The position numbers and the translations under genes are program-made. DNA of 64,000 bases, from NCBI GenBank assembly GCA_963800785.1, contig CAWDCH010000019.1:234088-298087 (forward strand), given 5' to 3'. How positions within the stretch are numbered: position 1 is the first letter of the stretch; each line of letters opens with the position of its first letter. The notes under the pieces are model-generated. The model saw only the letters and a program-made list of their open reading frames with translations. It did not search any database and was not told the DNA's origin. The stretch is from Vicinamibacteria bacterium. Lineage in GTDB: Bacteria > Acidobacteriota > Vicinamibacteria > Vicinamibacterales > JAENWD01. Below, piece after piece: positions 47,244 through 60,190 of this stretch.

Positions 47244-48332
47244 ATGGCCGACAATCCTCTCAAACTACGGCAGATCCACCACGTGGAGTTCTGGGTGGGG
47301 AATGCCAAGCAGGCGGCGTTCTTCTATCGAAAGGCCTTCGGTTTCTCAGAGTTCGCCTATTCTGGGCTCGAAACGGGCGAGCGCTCGATGACGTCGTACG
47401 CACTGAAACAGGGGCGCGCGCGCTTCGTGTTTGGCACGCCTTTGAACTCGACCCACCCCGCCTCGGAGCATCTCCGCGCCCACGGCGACGGCGTCAGGGA
47501 CATTGCTTTCCAGGTGGACGATGCGGATCGTGCGTTCGAGGAGGCGGTGGCGCGAGGCGCGGAACCCGCGATCGAACCGCATGACATCGCGGATCAGCAC
47601 GGTCGGGTCCGTCGTGCCGCGATTCATACCTACGGCGATACGTTGCACTCGTTCATCTCGCTCGACGACTACAACGGACCGTTCCTGCCGGGGTACGTCG
47701 CGCGGGATGTCGCGGGCGACGATGTCGGGATCCTCCGGGTCGACCATGTCGTCGGCAACGTCGAGCTCGGAAAGATGGACCACTGGGCGGATTGGTACTC
47801 CCGCGTCCTCGGCTTCAAACGGTTCATCAGCTTCGACGACAAGGACATCAACACCGAGTACTCGGCGCTCATGAGCATCGTGATGTCTGACGACAGCCAC
47901 GCGATCAAATTCCCGATCAACGAGCCTGCGGCCGGCCGCCGCAAGAGTCAGATCGACGAGTACCTGCAGTTCTACGGCGGGCCCGGTGTCCAGCACATCG
48001 CTCTCCAGACGACCGACATCGAGCACACGGTGACATCACTTCGAGAGAACGGCGTCGAGTTCCTGAGCGTGCCGCCGAGCTATTACGACGCGCTCCCGGA
48101 ACGCGTCGGCCGCATCGATGAAGGGCTCGACGTCGTCCGGAGACTCGGCATCCTCGTCGATCGCGACGATGAGGGCTATCTGTTGCAGCTGTTCACTCGC
48201 CCGGTGGAGGATCGTCCGACGCTCTTCTTCGAGTTGATCCAGCGGAAGGGCAGTAAGGGGTTCGGTAAGGGCAACTTCAAGGCGCTGTTCGAGGCGATCG
48301 AGCGGGAACAAGCGTTGAGAGGAAACCTCTAG
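47244..48332 (+). CDS. hppD: 4-hydroxyphenylpyruvate dioxygenase
   Basis: [43 protein letters not shown]. Confidence 0.97.
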   Translation: MADNPLKLRQIHHVEFWVGNAKQAAFFYRKAFGFSEFAYSGLETGERSMTSYALKQGRARFVFGTPLNSTHPASEHLRAHGDGVRDIAFQVDDADRAFEEAVARGAEPAIEPHDIADQHGRVRRAAIHTYGDTLHSFISLDDYNGPFLPGYVARDVAGDDVGILRVDHVVGNVELGKMDHWADWYSRVLGFKRFISFDDKDINTEYSALMSIVMSDDSHAIKFPINEPAAGRRKSQIDEYLQFYGGPGVQHIALQTTDIEHTVTSLRENGVEFLSVPPSYYDALPERVGRIDEGLDVVRRLGILVDRDDEGYLLQLFTRPVEDRPTLFFELIQRKGSKGFGKGNFKALFEAIEREQALRGNL

Positions 48333-48333
48333 C

Positions 48334-48481
48334 AGTGCCAAGTGGCAGTGGCCGAGTGCAAGAGTGAAGTGGATAGTGGCGAGTTGGCAGTGAGTGGCAA
48401 CGCCTCAGACGTTGCCCACCACTCCGCATTCCCCACTTCCCACTCCACTTTGCACTTGGCACTTTGCACTTGGCACTGCAA
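48334..48481. repeat. AGTGCCA/TGGCACT heptamer inverted repeat
   Basis: AGTGCCAAGTGGCAGTGG... left arm; ...ACTTTGCACTTGGCACTTTGCACTTGGCACT right arm. Confidence 0.85.
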
Positions 48482-48493
48482 GTATCAATCAAC

Positions 48494-49648
48494 ATGCCTA
48501 TTTACCATCGTCTTGGCGAGGTGCCACACAAGCGGCACACGATTTTTCGTAAACCCGACGGAGGGCTGTACGCCGAGGAGTTGATTGGCAACAAGGGCTT
48601 CACCGGCCCGTCCTCGTTGCTGTATCACCTGCACCAGCCGACGCCGGTGCAGGCGGTGCGGGCGCTGCGCGATCTCGAGTGGCAGCGGGATCCGGAACGG
48701 CAGTTTCGCCACCGGCACTTCCGGACGCATCAGCTCTCCTCCGGCGGCAGTCTGACACTGGATCGGGTGCCGCTGCTCTACAACTCGGATGTCGCGATGC
48801 TCCTGACGCAGCCCGATCGCGAAGACGACTTTTTCTATCGCAATGCACAGGGCGACGAGATCGTCTACATCAGCGAAGGCCGCGGCGTCCTCGAGACGCC
48901 GCTCGGCGACATCCCGTTCGACAGCGGCCACTATCTGATCGTCCCGAGAGGCGTGCTGCATCGCTATCGGCTCGAAGCGGGGCCGAAGAAGTTTCTCGTC
49001 ATCGAGAGCACCGGCTTCGTGCGGACGCCGAAGCGCTATCGCAACGATCACGGGCAGCTCACCGAGATGTCGCCGTACTCGGAGCGCGACATCCGGCGAC
49101 CCCAGAACCTGCGGACGGTCGACGAGAAGGGGTCGTTCCGCCTGGTCGTCAAAAAGGAGAACCGGCTGTTCGAGATGACGCTGGTGCATCACCCCTTCGA
49201 TCTCGTCGGCTGGGACGGCTTCTACTATCCGTGGGCGATCAGCATCCACGATTTCGAGCCGCGCGTCGGGCGCATCCACCTGCCGCCACCCGTGCATCAG
49301 ACCTTCGAAGGCGACGGCTTCGTCGTGTGCTCGTTCTGCCCGCGCCCGTACGACTTCGATCCGCAGGCCGTTCCGGTGCCCTACAACCACTCGAACGTCA
49401 TGTCCGACGAAGTCATCTACTACGCCAGTTCAGAGTTCATGAGCCGCAAGGGCATCGAGTATGGGTCCGTGACGCTGCACCCGGACGGGATTCCTCACGG
49501 GCCGCATCCGGGGCGCACCGAGGCGGCGATCGGCACCAAGGAGACCAACGAGCTCGCCGTCATGGTGGACACGTTCAAGCCGTTTCACGTCAGCCGGCAG
49601 GCGGTGGAGATCGAGGACGGGGAGTATTACCACTCGTGGCTCTCCTGA
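48494..49648 (+). CDS. hmgA: Homogentisate 1,2-dioxygenase
   Basis: KRH, HPFDLVGWDG, HLPPPVH, PYNHSN, HPDGIPHGPHPG, AVMVDT; lies between hppD and fahA. Confidence 0.93.
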   Translation: MPIYHRLGEVPHKRHTIFRKPDGGLYAEELIGNKGFTGPSSLLYHLHQPTPVQAVRALRDLEWQRDPERQFRHRHFRTHQLSSGGSLTLDRVPLLYNSDVAMLLTQPDREDDFFYRNAQGDEIVYISEGRGVLETPLGDIPFDSGHYLIVPRGVLHRYRLEAGPKKFLVIESTGFVRTPKRYRNDHGQLTEMSPYSERDIRRPQNLRTVDEKGSFRLVVKKENRLFEMTLVHHPFDLVGWDGFYYPWAISIHDFEPRVGRIHLPPPVHQTFEGDGFVVCSFCPRPYDFDPQAVPVPYNHSNVMSDEVIYYASSEFMSRKGIEYGSVTLHPDGIPHGPHPGRTEAAIGTKETNELAVMVDTFKPFHVSRQAVEIEDGEYYHSWLS

Positions 49649-50039
49649 TTGCGGATCGCGGATTGCGGATTGCGGATTTTGATTGCGGATTTACGGATTG
49701 CGGATTGGTATTGCGGATTGGTATTGCGGATTAGGCGTCTTAAGTGGTAATGCCACTCGGGCGGATTCGTGGAACGGTGCTATGTTCGTGGGCGTTCCCG
49801 ATGCCCGCCGACGAGACGCTCGCGTCAATCCGTAATCCGCTAGCGGTCGCGAATCCGCAATCAATCCACCGTCGACCAGCAGCGCTCAATCCGCAATCAA
49901 TCCACAATCGACCAGCAGCGCCCAATCCGCAATCAATCCGCAATCGACAAGCAGCGCTGAATCCACAATCAATCCGCAATCGACAAGAGACCAGCAATCC
50001 GCAATCAATCCGCAATCCGCAATCCGCAATCCGCAATTG
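49648..50039. repeat. TGCGGAT / ATCCGCA inverted heptamer arms with a 36-bp higher-order repeat
   Basis: (GATTGCG)n at 49647-49733; (ATCCGCA)n at 49826-50036 with 36-bp units at 49852, 49888, 49924, 49960, 49996. Confidence 0.92.
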
Positions 50040-50043
50040 AGAG

Positions 50044-51357
50044 ATGCTCACCGAGACCCACGATCCGCACCTGCGCAGCTGGGTCGAATCGGCGAATCGC
50101 CCGGGTACCGACTTTCCGATTCAGAATCTGCCGCTGGGTGTATTCCGACGCGCGTTTACGCCCGAACTGCCGCGGGTCGGCATCGCCATCGGCGATGCGA
50201 TTCTCGATCTGCTCCTGTGCCATCGCGCCGGGCTGCTCGACGGCGACGCGGCGCTCGGCGAGGCCTGCGTCGAGCCGTCGTTGAATCGGTTGCTCGCGCT
50301 GGGAAGCGACGCGTGGACGTCGCTGCGCCGTCGGGTGAGCGAGCTGCTGCGGGAAGATCGACGCCGGTCGTTTCAGAAGAACGTCGAGCCCTGTCTCGTG
50401 TCCATCGCCGAATCGGTCCTGGAGCTGCCGCTGGCGATCGGCGACTACTCGGACTTCTACGCGTCGATCTTTCACGCGACGAATGTTGGCAGCATGCTGC
50501 GGCCAGACGAGCCTCTCTTCGACAACTACAAGTACGTCCCGATCGGCTATCACGGACGCGCATCGTCGGTCGTGCCGAGTGGCACACAGGTCAGACGTCC
50601 CACCGGACAGTCGAAGCCCGAATCATTCGCGGAGCCGATCGTCGGCCCGTCGCGGCGGCTCGACTACGAGCTCGAAGTGGGGTTCGCCGTCGGTCCCGGT
50701 AATGCGCTCGGGACCACGATTTCGATAGACGAGGCGGAGCGGCACCTCTTTGGGGTGTGCCTCCTGAACGACTGGTCGGCGCGTGACCTGCAGGCCTGGG
50801 AATATCGGCCGCTGGGACCGTTTCTCGCGAAAAGCTTTGCCACGTCGATCAGCCCATGGATCGTCACGCTCGACGCGCTGGAGCCGTTTCGCGTGGCCGC
50901 CTTCATGCGGCCACCCGGCGATCCCGAGCCGCTTCCGTATCTCGAAAGTCCGAGGGAGCGCGAGCGCGGCGCGATCGACATCAGGCTGGAAGTGTCGATT
51001 GCGACCGAGAAGATGCGGGCTGCGAAGATCGCGCCCTTCGTGCTCTCGCGAAACAGCCTGCGGCACCTGTATTGGACGCCGGCGCAGCTGCTGACACATC
51101 ACGCGAGCAACGGCTGCAGTCTTCGCCCAGGGGATCTGATTGCGACCGGCACCGTGTCCGGTCCGACGCGCGAATCACGGGGAAGCCTCCTCGAGCTGGC
51201 TTGGCGCGGCACTCAACCGATCACGCTGCCAACCGGCGAGACACGCGCGTTTCTGGAGGACGGCGACGAAGTGATTTTCCGCGGCTGGTGCGAGCGCGAC
51301 GGCTGGACCCGGATTGGACTGGGCGAGTGTCGCGGCACGGTGATGCCGGCGCTGTGA
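50044..51357 (+). CDS. fahA: Fumarylacetoacetase
   Basis: FPIQNLP, GDYSDFY, YHGRASS, LDYELE, NDWSARDLQAWEY.PLGPF. Confidence 0.97.
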   Translation: MLTETHDPHLRSWVESANRPGTDFPIQNLPLGVFRRAFTPELPRVGIAIGDAILDLLLCHRAGLLDGDAALGEACVEPSLNRLLALGSDAWTSLRRRVSELLREDRRRSFQKNVEPCLVSIAESVLELPLAIGDYSDFYASIFHATNVGSMLRPDEPLFDNYKYVPIGYHGRASSVVPSGTQVRRPTGQSKPESFAEPIVGPSRRLDYELEVGFAVGPGNALGTTISIDEAERHLFGVCLLNDWSARDLQAWEYRPLGPFLAKSFATSISPWIVTLDALEPFRVAAFMRPPGDPEPLPYLESPRERERGAIDIRLEVSIATEKMRAAKIAPFVLSRNSLRHLYWTPAQLLTHHASNGCSLRPGDLIATGTVSGPTRESRGSLLELAWRGTQPITLPTGETRAFLEDGDEVIFRGWCERDGWTRIGLGECRGTVMPAL

Positions 51358-51384
51358 GATCTCGAGCACTGACCAATCTAGCCA

Positions 51385-51444
51385 GCACTTGTCACTGCCC
51401 ACTCCCCACTCCACTTTGCACTTGGCACTTAGCACTTGGCACTT
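51385..51444. repeat. TGGCACT heptamer module (near-copy of 48432-48478)
   Basis: CCCACTCCACTTTGCACTTGGCACTTAGCACTTGGCACT. Confidence 0.85.
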
Positions 51445-52834
51445 ACTGAGTGCCTGCCGGTTCACCTAGGCGCTGCGGCATGTCCGCGACGACGTAGGCC
51501 ATTCCGGTAAGCGCGGCGACACAGCGCGCGAAGTCGGCCGCATCGATCTTGTCGATGGTATCCGCAGCTGTGTGGTGGATGAGGAAGTACTTCGAGCCGT
51601 CTACCTCCAGTGACATCGCCGGTATTCGGCCAGCCACGACGCTGGGCCCGATGTCGGCGCCGCCTCCTGATGCGGCAATGCGAGTCGCCCCTGTCGCCCC
51701 CAGCAGGGACGCGATCGCCGTCACCTGCGCACGGGCGAGCTCGTTGCCGCTGAATCCGAACCCGACCGGCGCAAAAACGCCGGCATCGGACTCGATCATC
51801 AGCACGTGCTGTCCCAACGTCGCGCTGTAGCGATCGCGGTAGTCAATGGCCCCCCGAAGGCCGTTCTCTTCGTTTGTGAACAGGACAACGCGGATCGTGC
51901 GCCGTGGTCGCAAGTCCAGCAACTTGAGCAGCCGCGCCACTTCCCACGCCGCGATGGCGCCCCCGCCGTCGTCTGTTGCGCCCGTGCCAACGTCCCACGA
52001 ATCGAAGTGTCCGCTGACGACCACGATCTCGTCGGGCCGCTCGCGGCCGCGAATTTCCGCAATGACATTGGCCGATTCGGCGTCCGGATGCAGGGTTGCG
52101 TCCATCGTCAGGCGCAGACGCACGCGCTGCCCGCGTGCAACCATACGAGAGAGCCGCGCCGCATCCTCGGCGGCAATCGCTGCGGCGGGAATGCGCGGAA
52201 CACCGTCGCGATAGATCAGCATGCCAGTGTGCGGCGTGCGGAGCCCCTCAGGTCCCACCGAGCGAATCAGCGCCGCCACAGCGCCCGCTGCCGCAGCCTG
52301 TGAGGGTCCGTTCACGCGGTAGGCGACGGTGGGCCCGTAACCGCGGAACGGCACGTTGAAGAGCACGATCTTCCCTTGCGCTTCCGCGCTTCGACGCTCG
52401 AGCTCGACGAAACTGCCCACAACCAGCAGATCGGCCTCGATGCCTGTGGCTGGCGTGCCGATCGACATGCCGAGCCCGAGCATTGGCAGAGACTGCGGGT
52501 GCGGCTGAAGCACTTCGAGCGACTCGTCTCCGCGCACCCACCGCGGCACGATCACCGGATCTCTGCGAATGTTCTCGAGATTGTCGTCGCGCATTTCCTG
52601 GACGGCCCACTCGATGGCGGCCGCGAGACCCGACGACCCGCTCAGCCGGCTGCCGAACGTGTCGGTAAGGTAGGCGAGCCGTCGCCAGGCGAAGTCATCG
52701 GCCTGAGCCGTTCGCAGAATGCGGGCGACAGGTTCGCGATAGCTGTCGAGCCATTCGGCCGGCTGCGCGGAAGGGAAGGTGAGCGCGCTAAACAGGAAAA
52801 GGACGACAAGGGCCGCGCGGCCTGGACTCTGCAT
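51443..52834 (-). CDS. M28 family carboxypeptidase Q-like peptidase
   Basis: GHFDSWD, GATDDGGG, NEENG, HHTAADT, PA domain; signal peptide. Confidence 0.9.
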   Translation of the reverse strand: MQSPGRAALVVLFLFSALTFPSAQPAEWLDSYREPVARILRTAQADDFAWRRLAYLTDTFGSRLSGSSGLAAAIEWAVQEMRDDNLENIRRDPVIVPRWVRGDESLEVLQPHPQSLPMLGLGMSIGTPATGIEADLLVVGSFVELERRSAEAQGKIVLFNVPFRGYGPTVAYRVNGPSQAAAAGAVAALIRSVGPEGLRTPHTGMLIYRDGVPRIPAAAIAAEDAARLSRMVARGQRVRLRLTMDATLHPDAESANVIAEIRGRERPDEIVVVSGHFDSWDVGTGATDDGGGAIAAWEVARLLKLLDLRPRRTIRVVLFTNEENGLRGAIDYRDRYSATLGQHVLMIESDAGVFAPVGFGFSGNELARAQVTAIASLLGATGATRIAASGGGADIGPSVVAGRIPAMSLEVDGSKYFLIHHTAADTIDKIDAADFARCVAALTGMAYVVADMPQRLGEPAGTQ

Positions 52835-52875
52835 GCCCAAGCATACCTGCCGCGGCCCGCCGGTAGAATGGATCC

Positions 52876-54036
52876 ATGACCCGCGGCCTGACGGTTGCGC
52901 TTCTGTTGCTGGCGACGCTTGCCGCGTGCGGAGGCGACGACTCGGGCGGCAACGGCTCGCCGAGTGGACCGCCATCAGGCACGCCCGGCGGCTTTCCGGT
53001 ATCGACGTTTACCGCACGCGACGGCACGGCGTTCGGCGTGCAGGTCATCGCCACCGGTCTCCAGATTCCCTGGAGTCTCGCCTTCGCCCCTGATGGCCGC
53101 CTGTTCATCACCGAGCGGCCGGGCCGGGTTCGGATAATCGCCAATGGCCAGCTCCAGGCCGAGCCCGCACTCGAGCTGACCGACGTCTTTACCAACGGCG
53201 AGAGCGGTGTGCTCGGGCTCGCCTTGCACCCAGACTTCGCGACGAATCATCTCGTCTACCTCACTTACACGGCGAATGGTCCTGATGGTCCGATCGCCCG
53301 CCTCGTTCGCTTTCGCGAGGCCGGCAATCGGCTTGGCGAGCCGGTCGTGCTGCTGGACGACGTGCCCGCCGCGAATATCCACAACGGCTCACGCGTGAAG
53401 TTCGGCCCGGATCGCCTGCTCTACGTCACGTTTGGCGACGTCGCGGTGCCGTCGACCGCCCAGGATGTCGCCGCCGTGAACGGTAAGATTCTCCGGTTGA
53501 ACGACGATGGCACCAGCGCAGCAGGGAATCGCTTCAACTCGCCGGTCTATTCGTTCGGCCATCGCAATCCTCAGGGGCTGGCATGGCATCCGATCACCCG
53601 CGACCTGTGGGAGACGGAGCATGGCGATGTCGGCAACGACGAGATCAACGTGATCGAGTCGGGAGCGAATTACGGCTGGCCGGTCATCGAAGGCGATGAA
53701 ACGCGCTCGGACATGCGTGCGCCGATCGAGTTCTTCGCGCCATCCGTGGCGCCGTCTGGCGCCGACTTCTATACCGGTGCTGGAATCCCAGGGTTCCGCA
53801 ATCAGCTGTTTGTCGCGACGCTCAGGGCCGCGGCGCTGGTGCGGGTGGCCATCGATGGATCGACGTCACGACACGTCGCGTACACGGAGCGGCTGTTGGA
53901 AGGGCGGTTCGGACGCCTTCGGGACGTCGTGATGGGACCCGACGGGTTCCTTTACATCAGCACGAGCAATCGGGATGGGCGAACGACTCCAGTCGCGGAA
54001 GACGATCGGTTGATTCGGGTTGTCCCGGTGTCGTAA
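52876..54036 (+). CDS. PQQ-dependent sugar (glucose/sorbosone) dehydrogenase lipoprotein
   Basis: LAAC lipobox, PWSLAFAPDG, HNGSR, GHRNPQG, GANYGWP, GRLRDV. Confidence 0.9.
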   Translation: MTRGLTVALLLLATLAACGGDDSGGNGSPSGPPSGTPGGFPVSTFTARDGTAFGVQVIATGLQIPWSLAFAPDGRLFITERPGRVRIIANGQLQAEPALELTDVFTNGESGVLGLALHPDFATNHLVYLTYTANGPDGPIARLVRFREAGNRLGEPVVLLDDVPAANIHNGSRVKFGPDRLLYVTFGDVAVPSTAQDVAAVNGKILRLNDDGTSAAGNRFNSPVYSFGHRNPQGLAWHPITRDLWETEHGDVGNDEINVIESGANYGWPVIEGDETRSDMRAPIEFFAPSVAPSGADFYTGAGIPGFRNQLFVATLRAAALVRVAIDGSTSRHVAYTERLLEGRFGRLRDVVMGPDGFLYISTSNRDGRTTPVAEDDRLIRVVPVS

Positions 54037-54081
54037 TTGAGGAGGGCGCACGCACTGCCGTGCGCCCCGGCATATGTCAGA

Positions 54082-55733
<1,652 letters not shown>

Positions 55734-55780
55734 TGCGATTCTCTCAGGCTCCCGGCTTCGGGTTACGGGCTCCGGAACGT

Positions 55781-57491
55781 CTATGCGTCAGCCGCGGTCT
55801 CAACGATCGGACTGGGCCGCCGAATCATGGCGGCCAGGTCGGCTCCGGCCGGGACCATCGGGTACACCGAGTCTTCCTGCTCCACCTGGAAATCGATCAC
55901 CACCCCGCCCTTGTGGTTGCGTGCCGCCTTCACGGACGGAATCACTTCGCTGCGCCGCGTCACCGTGATGCCGGTCAGCCCGAACGCCTCGGCGAGCTTC
56001 GTGAAGTTCGGATTCGCCAGCGGCGTGGCGGCATAGCGCTTCTCGTAGAAGAACTCCTGCCACTGACGGACCATGCCCAGGTAGCCGTTGTTGATGATTG
56101 CGACGTTGATGTCGATGTTCTCCTGCATCACCGTGGCCAGCTCGCACATGGTCATCTGGAAGCCACCGTCGCCGACAACCACCCAGACCTCGGCGTCGGG
56201 CTTCGCGATCTTGGCGCCGATCGCCGCGGGCAATGCGAAGCCCATCGTGCCGAGTCCGCCTGAGGTGACGAGCGAGCGCGGCGTGTTGTGTTTGTAGTAC
56301 TGCGCTTCCCACATCTGATGCTGGCCGACGTCGGTTACGACGATCGCGTTGCCGTCGGTCTCGCGCCACAGATCGTTGATGACATGCGCCGCGTAGAGAT
56401 GGCCGTTGTCAGGGAGATTCTGGATGTCGCGAACAGCGGAGTCGCCCTTCAGCTCCTGGATGCGAGCGAGCCAATCGACATGCTGCGTCGACGGCACGTG
56501 TGGCAGCAGATCGACGAGCACTTCGCGCAAGTCGCCGACGAGGGCGACATCGACGCGGACGTTCTTGTTGATCTCTGCCGGATCGATCTCGATGTGGATC
56601 TTCTTTGCGTTCGGCGCGTACGTTTTCAGGTTGCCGGTGACGCGATCGTCGAAGCGCATGCCGAATGCGAGCAGGAGATCGGCCTCCTGAATGGCGGTGT
56701 TCACCCAGGCCTCGCCGTGCATGCCCATCATGCCGAGGTTCAGGGGATGGTTCGCCGCGACGCCGCCCAGTCCGAGCAGCGTCATCGCGATCGGCGTCTC
56801 CGTCTGCTCGGCGAACGCCACGACCTGTGCGGTGGCACCCGACTGAATGATGCCGCGGCCGGCGAGAATCAGCGGGCGCTTGGCCTCGCGAATCAACTCG
56901 ATCGCACGCTTGAAGTCCGCGGGGGCGGGCCGGTGATCGGGGCGATAGCCGCCAAGCTTTGGCTCGGCGCGATCCCAGTCGGTACTCACACGTGGACTGC
57001 TGCGCGTCTTTCGTGATGTCGATCAGCACCGGTCCCGGACGGCCCGACGCGGCGACGTGAAACGCCTCTCGAATCGTCGGCGCCACATCGTCCGCGCGCG
57101 TCACGAGGTAGTTGTGCTTCGTGATCGGCAGCGTGACGCCGGTGATGTCCGTCTCCTGGAACGCATCGCTGCCAATCAGCTTGCTGCCGACCTGCCCAGT
57201 GATGCAGACGATGGGCGAGGAGTCGAGCATGGCGGTGGCGATGCCCGTGACCATGTTCGTCGCGCCCGGACCCGACGTGGCGATGGCGACGCCAACCTGC
57301 CCGGTCGCTCGGGCGAAGCCGTCGGCCATGTGGGTGGCGCCCTGTTCGTGGCGGACCAGCACGTGTCTGATCGGGTACTGTGTCATCGCGTCGTAGGCGG
57401 GCAAAATCGCGCCGCCCGGGTAGCCGAACACCGTGCTGATGCCCTGCCGCAACAGGCATTCCCAGATGATTTGCGCACCTGTCTTTTTCAT
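55781..57491 (-). CDS. ilvB: Acetolactate synthase large subunit with one frameshift near 56981
   Basis: [21 protein letters not shown] in one frame; [19 protein letters not shown] in the next. Confidence 0.93.
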
Positions 57492-57495
57492 ATCG

Positions 57496-59178
57496 TTATC
57501 CAGTCACAGCCCCATGGGCGGCGGACGACACCAGCCGCGCATATTTGCTCATCACGCCGTTTGAGTACCGAGGCGGCGGCGGCGTCCAGGCCTTCAGCCG
57601 CCTCGCAATTTCGTCGTCTGACAACTCGACATCCAGACGGCGGTTCGGGATGTCGAACACGATCGTGTCGCCCTCCCGGAGTGCCGCGATCGGCCCGCCC
57701 GCGAGCGCCTCGGGCGCGACATGGCCGGCCATCAGACCGCGCGTGGCGCCCGAGAAGCGGCCGTCGGTCAGCAGCACGACTGATTCGCCCAGGCCCTGCC
57801 CGACGATTGCGGCCGTGACTGCCAGCATCTCGGGCATTCCCGGTCCACCCTTGGGGCCCTCGCCTCTGATGACCACCACGTCACCAGGCGTGATCTGGTT
57901 GCCCAGCACGGCATCGAGCGCTGGCTGCTCACCTTCGAAGACGCGCGCCGGACCCCGGTGCGTCTGAAGATTCGAGCCGGAGACCTTGACCACGGCACCC
58001 TCGGGCGCGAGGTTGCCTTTCAGGATCGCGAGCCCGCCCGTCGGCTTTATTGGCCGATCGAGCGGCCGCACGACTTCCTGTCCCGGCGCCTCCTGCGCGT
58101 CGGCCGCCTCTTCGCCGATGGTGCGGCCCGTGACCGTCTTCTGATCCGAGTTGAGCAGGCCCGCGTCGAGCAGGCGTCGCGCGACCAGACGGATGCCGCC
58201 CGCCCGGTGAAGATCGGTGGCGACGAAGCGGCCACTGGGCTTGAGATCGGCCAGTGTCGGCACGCGCCGGCTGAGCACGTCGAAGTCGTCCATTTCGAGT
58301 GGGATATTCAGCTCGCGCGCGATGGCAATCAGGTGGAGCACGGCGTTGGTCGAGCCGCCCGTGGTGAGCACGGCGGCGATCGCGTTGTCGATCGCCTCGC
58401 GGGTAACGATCTCTTGAGGAAGGAGGTTCTGCTTGAGCAGGTCCATCACAAGGCGGCCGGCGCGATGGCCGACCTCCGCTTTCACGGGATCCACCGCCGG
58501 GACCGATCCGCTGCCCATGGGCGCAATCCCGAGGAACTCGATCGCCGTTGCCATGGTGTTGGCCGTGAACTGACCGCCGCACGCACCTGCGCCCGGACAG
58601 GCGTGGTCTTCGAGATCCTTCAGCTCCGCGTCGGTCATCTTGCCGGCCGCGTGCGCGCCGATGCCCTCGTACACGTCCTGGATCGTGACGTCGTGATTCT
58701 GGAAGCGGCCGGGCGCGATTGATCCGCCGTACAACACCAGGCCGGGGATCCCGAGGCGCACGACCGCCATCGTCGTACCGGGAATCGTCTTATCGCAGCC
58801 GCACAGCGCGACCACCGCGTCGAAGCAGTTGCCGCGTGCGACGAGCTCGATGGAATCCGCGATCACCTCCCGGCTGATGAGCGAGGCGCGCATCCCGATG
58901 CTGCCCATCGTGATGCCGTCCGAGATGGAGACGGTGTTGAACTCCATCGGCGTGCCGCCGGCTTCGCGGATGCCCTGCTTGACGTGCTCGGCCAGGCCGC
59001 GCAGGTGGTAATTGCATGGGCCGATCTCAATCCATGTGTTGGCGACGCCCACAATCGGCTTCTTCAGCGCGTCGTCATCGAATCCAACAGCCTTGAGCAT
59101 CGCGCGCGCGCCGGCCCGATGCGGGCCCTCGGTGATCGCGCTGCTGTTGCGCCGGTACAAGGGAACAGGTGTCGTCAT
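57496..59178 (-). CDS. ilvD: Dihydroxy-acid dehydratase
   Basis: [37 protein letters not shown]. Confidence 0.97.
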   Translation of the reverse strand: MTTPVPLYRRNSSAITEGPHRAGARAMLKAVGFDDDALKKPIVGVANTWIEIGPCNYHLRGLAEHVKQGIREAGGTPMEFNTVSISDGITMGSIGMRASLISREVIADSIELVARGNCFDAVVALCGCDKTIPGTTMAVVRLGIPGLVLYGGSIAPGRFQNHDVTIQDVYEGIGAHAAGKMTDAELKDLEDHACPGAGACGGQFTANTMATAIEFLGIAPMGSGSVPAVDPVKAEVGHRAGRLVMDLLKQNLLPQEIVTREAIDNAIAAVLTTGGSTNAVLHLIAIARELNIPLEMDDFDVLSRRVPTLADLKPSGRFVATDLHRAGGIRLVARRLLDAGLLNSDQKTVTGRTIGEEAADAQEAPGQEVVRPLDRPIKPTGGLAILKGNLAPEGAVVKVSGSNLQTHRGPARVFEGEQPALDAVLGNQITPGDVVVIRGEGPKGGPGMPEMLAVTAAIVGQGLGESVVLLTDGRFSGATRGLMAGHVAPEALAGGPIAALREGDTIVFDIPNRRLDVELSDDEIARRLKAWTPPPPRYSNGVMSKYARLVSSAAHGAVTG

Positions 59179-60020
59179 GCGCCAGGCCTGGCGGCCGCCG
59201 TCTCGCGGCTCTTCCAGCTCGGGTAGGATCCGAGAGTGCGCATCGAGCGCGCAAACTCGGCCAGATGCACGAGCGCGCGCGCACAGCGCAGGTCATGGCG
59301 GCCAATCGGGATGTCCACGTAGAAGAGGTACTCCCACGGGCGGCCGCGGATCGGACGCGACTCGATCTTCGTCAGGTCGATGTCGCGCAGGGCAAATACG
59401 GATAGAGCCTTGAAGAGAGAACCGGGCTCGTTGGGCAAGGAGAAGACGACGGTCGTTTTGTCGACGTGGTCGCCGGTCTCGCCGGCACGGCTGATCAACA
59501 GAAAACGCGTGATGTTGTCGGAGTAGTCCTGAATCTCCGCGCGAAGGATCTCGAGGCCGAACACCTTGGCCGCTCGCTCCGACGCGATGGCGGCGGCATC
59601 GGCCAACCGCTGCTCCTTGACCAGCTTTGCGCTGCCTGCGGTGTCGTAGGTCGCTTCCACCGAGACGCCCGACATCCCGCGCAGGAACCGTTCGCACTGC
59701 GCCAACGCCTGCGGGTGCGACAGGATTCGCTTCACGTCCTTGAGCGCCGTACCCGGCAAGGCCATGAGGTTGTGGGTGATCGGCAGCGTGACCTCGGCGA
59801 CAATCGGCAGGTCGTGCTCGAGGAGCAGGTCGTAGTTGCGATGGATGCTTCCGCCGATCGAGTTCTCAACCGGCAGGATGCCGTGCGTCGCCTTGCCCGA
59901 CGCGACCGCGGCGAAGACGTCCTCGAACGACTCGCACGGCAGGAGGTCGGCGTGATCGCTGAAGCGAAGCGCGGCGGCTTCGCTGTAGGCTCCAGGTTCG
60001 CCCTGGAAGGCGATGCGCAT
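59175..60020 (-). CDS. pheA: Prephenate dehydratase
   Basis: [39 protein letters not shown]. Confidence 0.96.
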   Translation of the reverse strand: MRIAFQGEPGAYSEAAALRFSDHADLLPCESFEDVFAAVASGKATHGILPVENSIGGSIHRNYDLLLEHDLPIVAEVTLPITHNLMALPGTALKDVKRILSHPQALAQCERFLRGMSGVSVEATYDTAGSAKLVKEQRLADAAAIASERAAKVFGLEILRAEIQDYSDNITRFLLISRAGETGDHVDKTTVVFSLPNEPGSLFKALSVFALRDIDLTKIESRPIRGRPWEYLFYVDIPIGRHDLRCARALVHLAEFARSMRTLGSYPSWKSRETAAARPGA

Positions 60021-60129
60021 GTCCCGACAGGCTACAACGCAGCCTTTTGATGTTGCAAATATCATAAATTGAATTAATGACTGGATTCGCCAGCCGGGCA
60101 GCCGTCGGCGGCTATAATTCGGGGGAATT

Positions 60130-60176
60130 TCAGGGGTTAGGGATCAGGGCAGCGGGCGGGGGTCAGGGATCAGGAG
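60130..60176. repeat. GGGATCA/GGGGTCA heptamer tract
   Basis: TCAGGGG TTAGGGA TCAGGGC ... TCAGGGA TCAGGAG. Confidence 0.65.
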
Positions 60177-60190
60177 GACTCGTGAGACGG

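Noticed and set aside
49852-50036. 36-bp periodic repeat as a mini-CRISPR or a 98-aa repeat protein (49744-50040)
   Set aside because: The variable part is only ~12 bp and related between units. The sequence is built from the ATCCGCA heptamer found elsewhere, and there is no RBS or homology evidence for the ORF.
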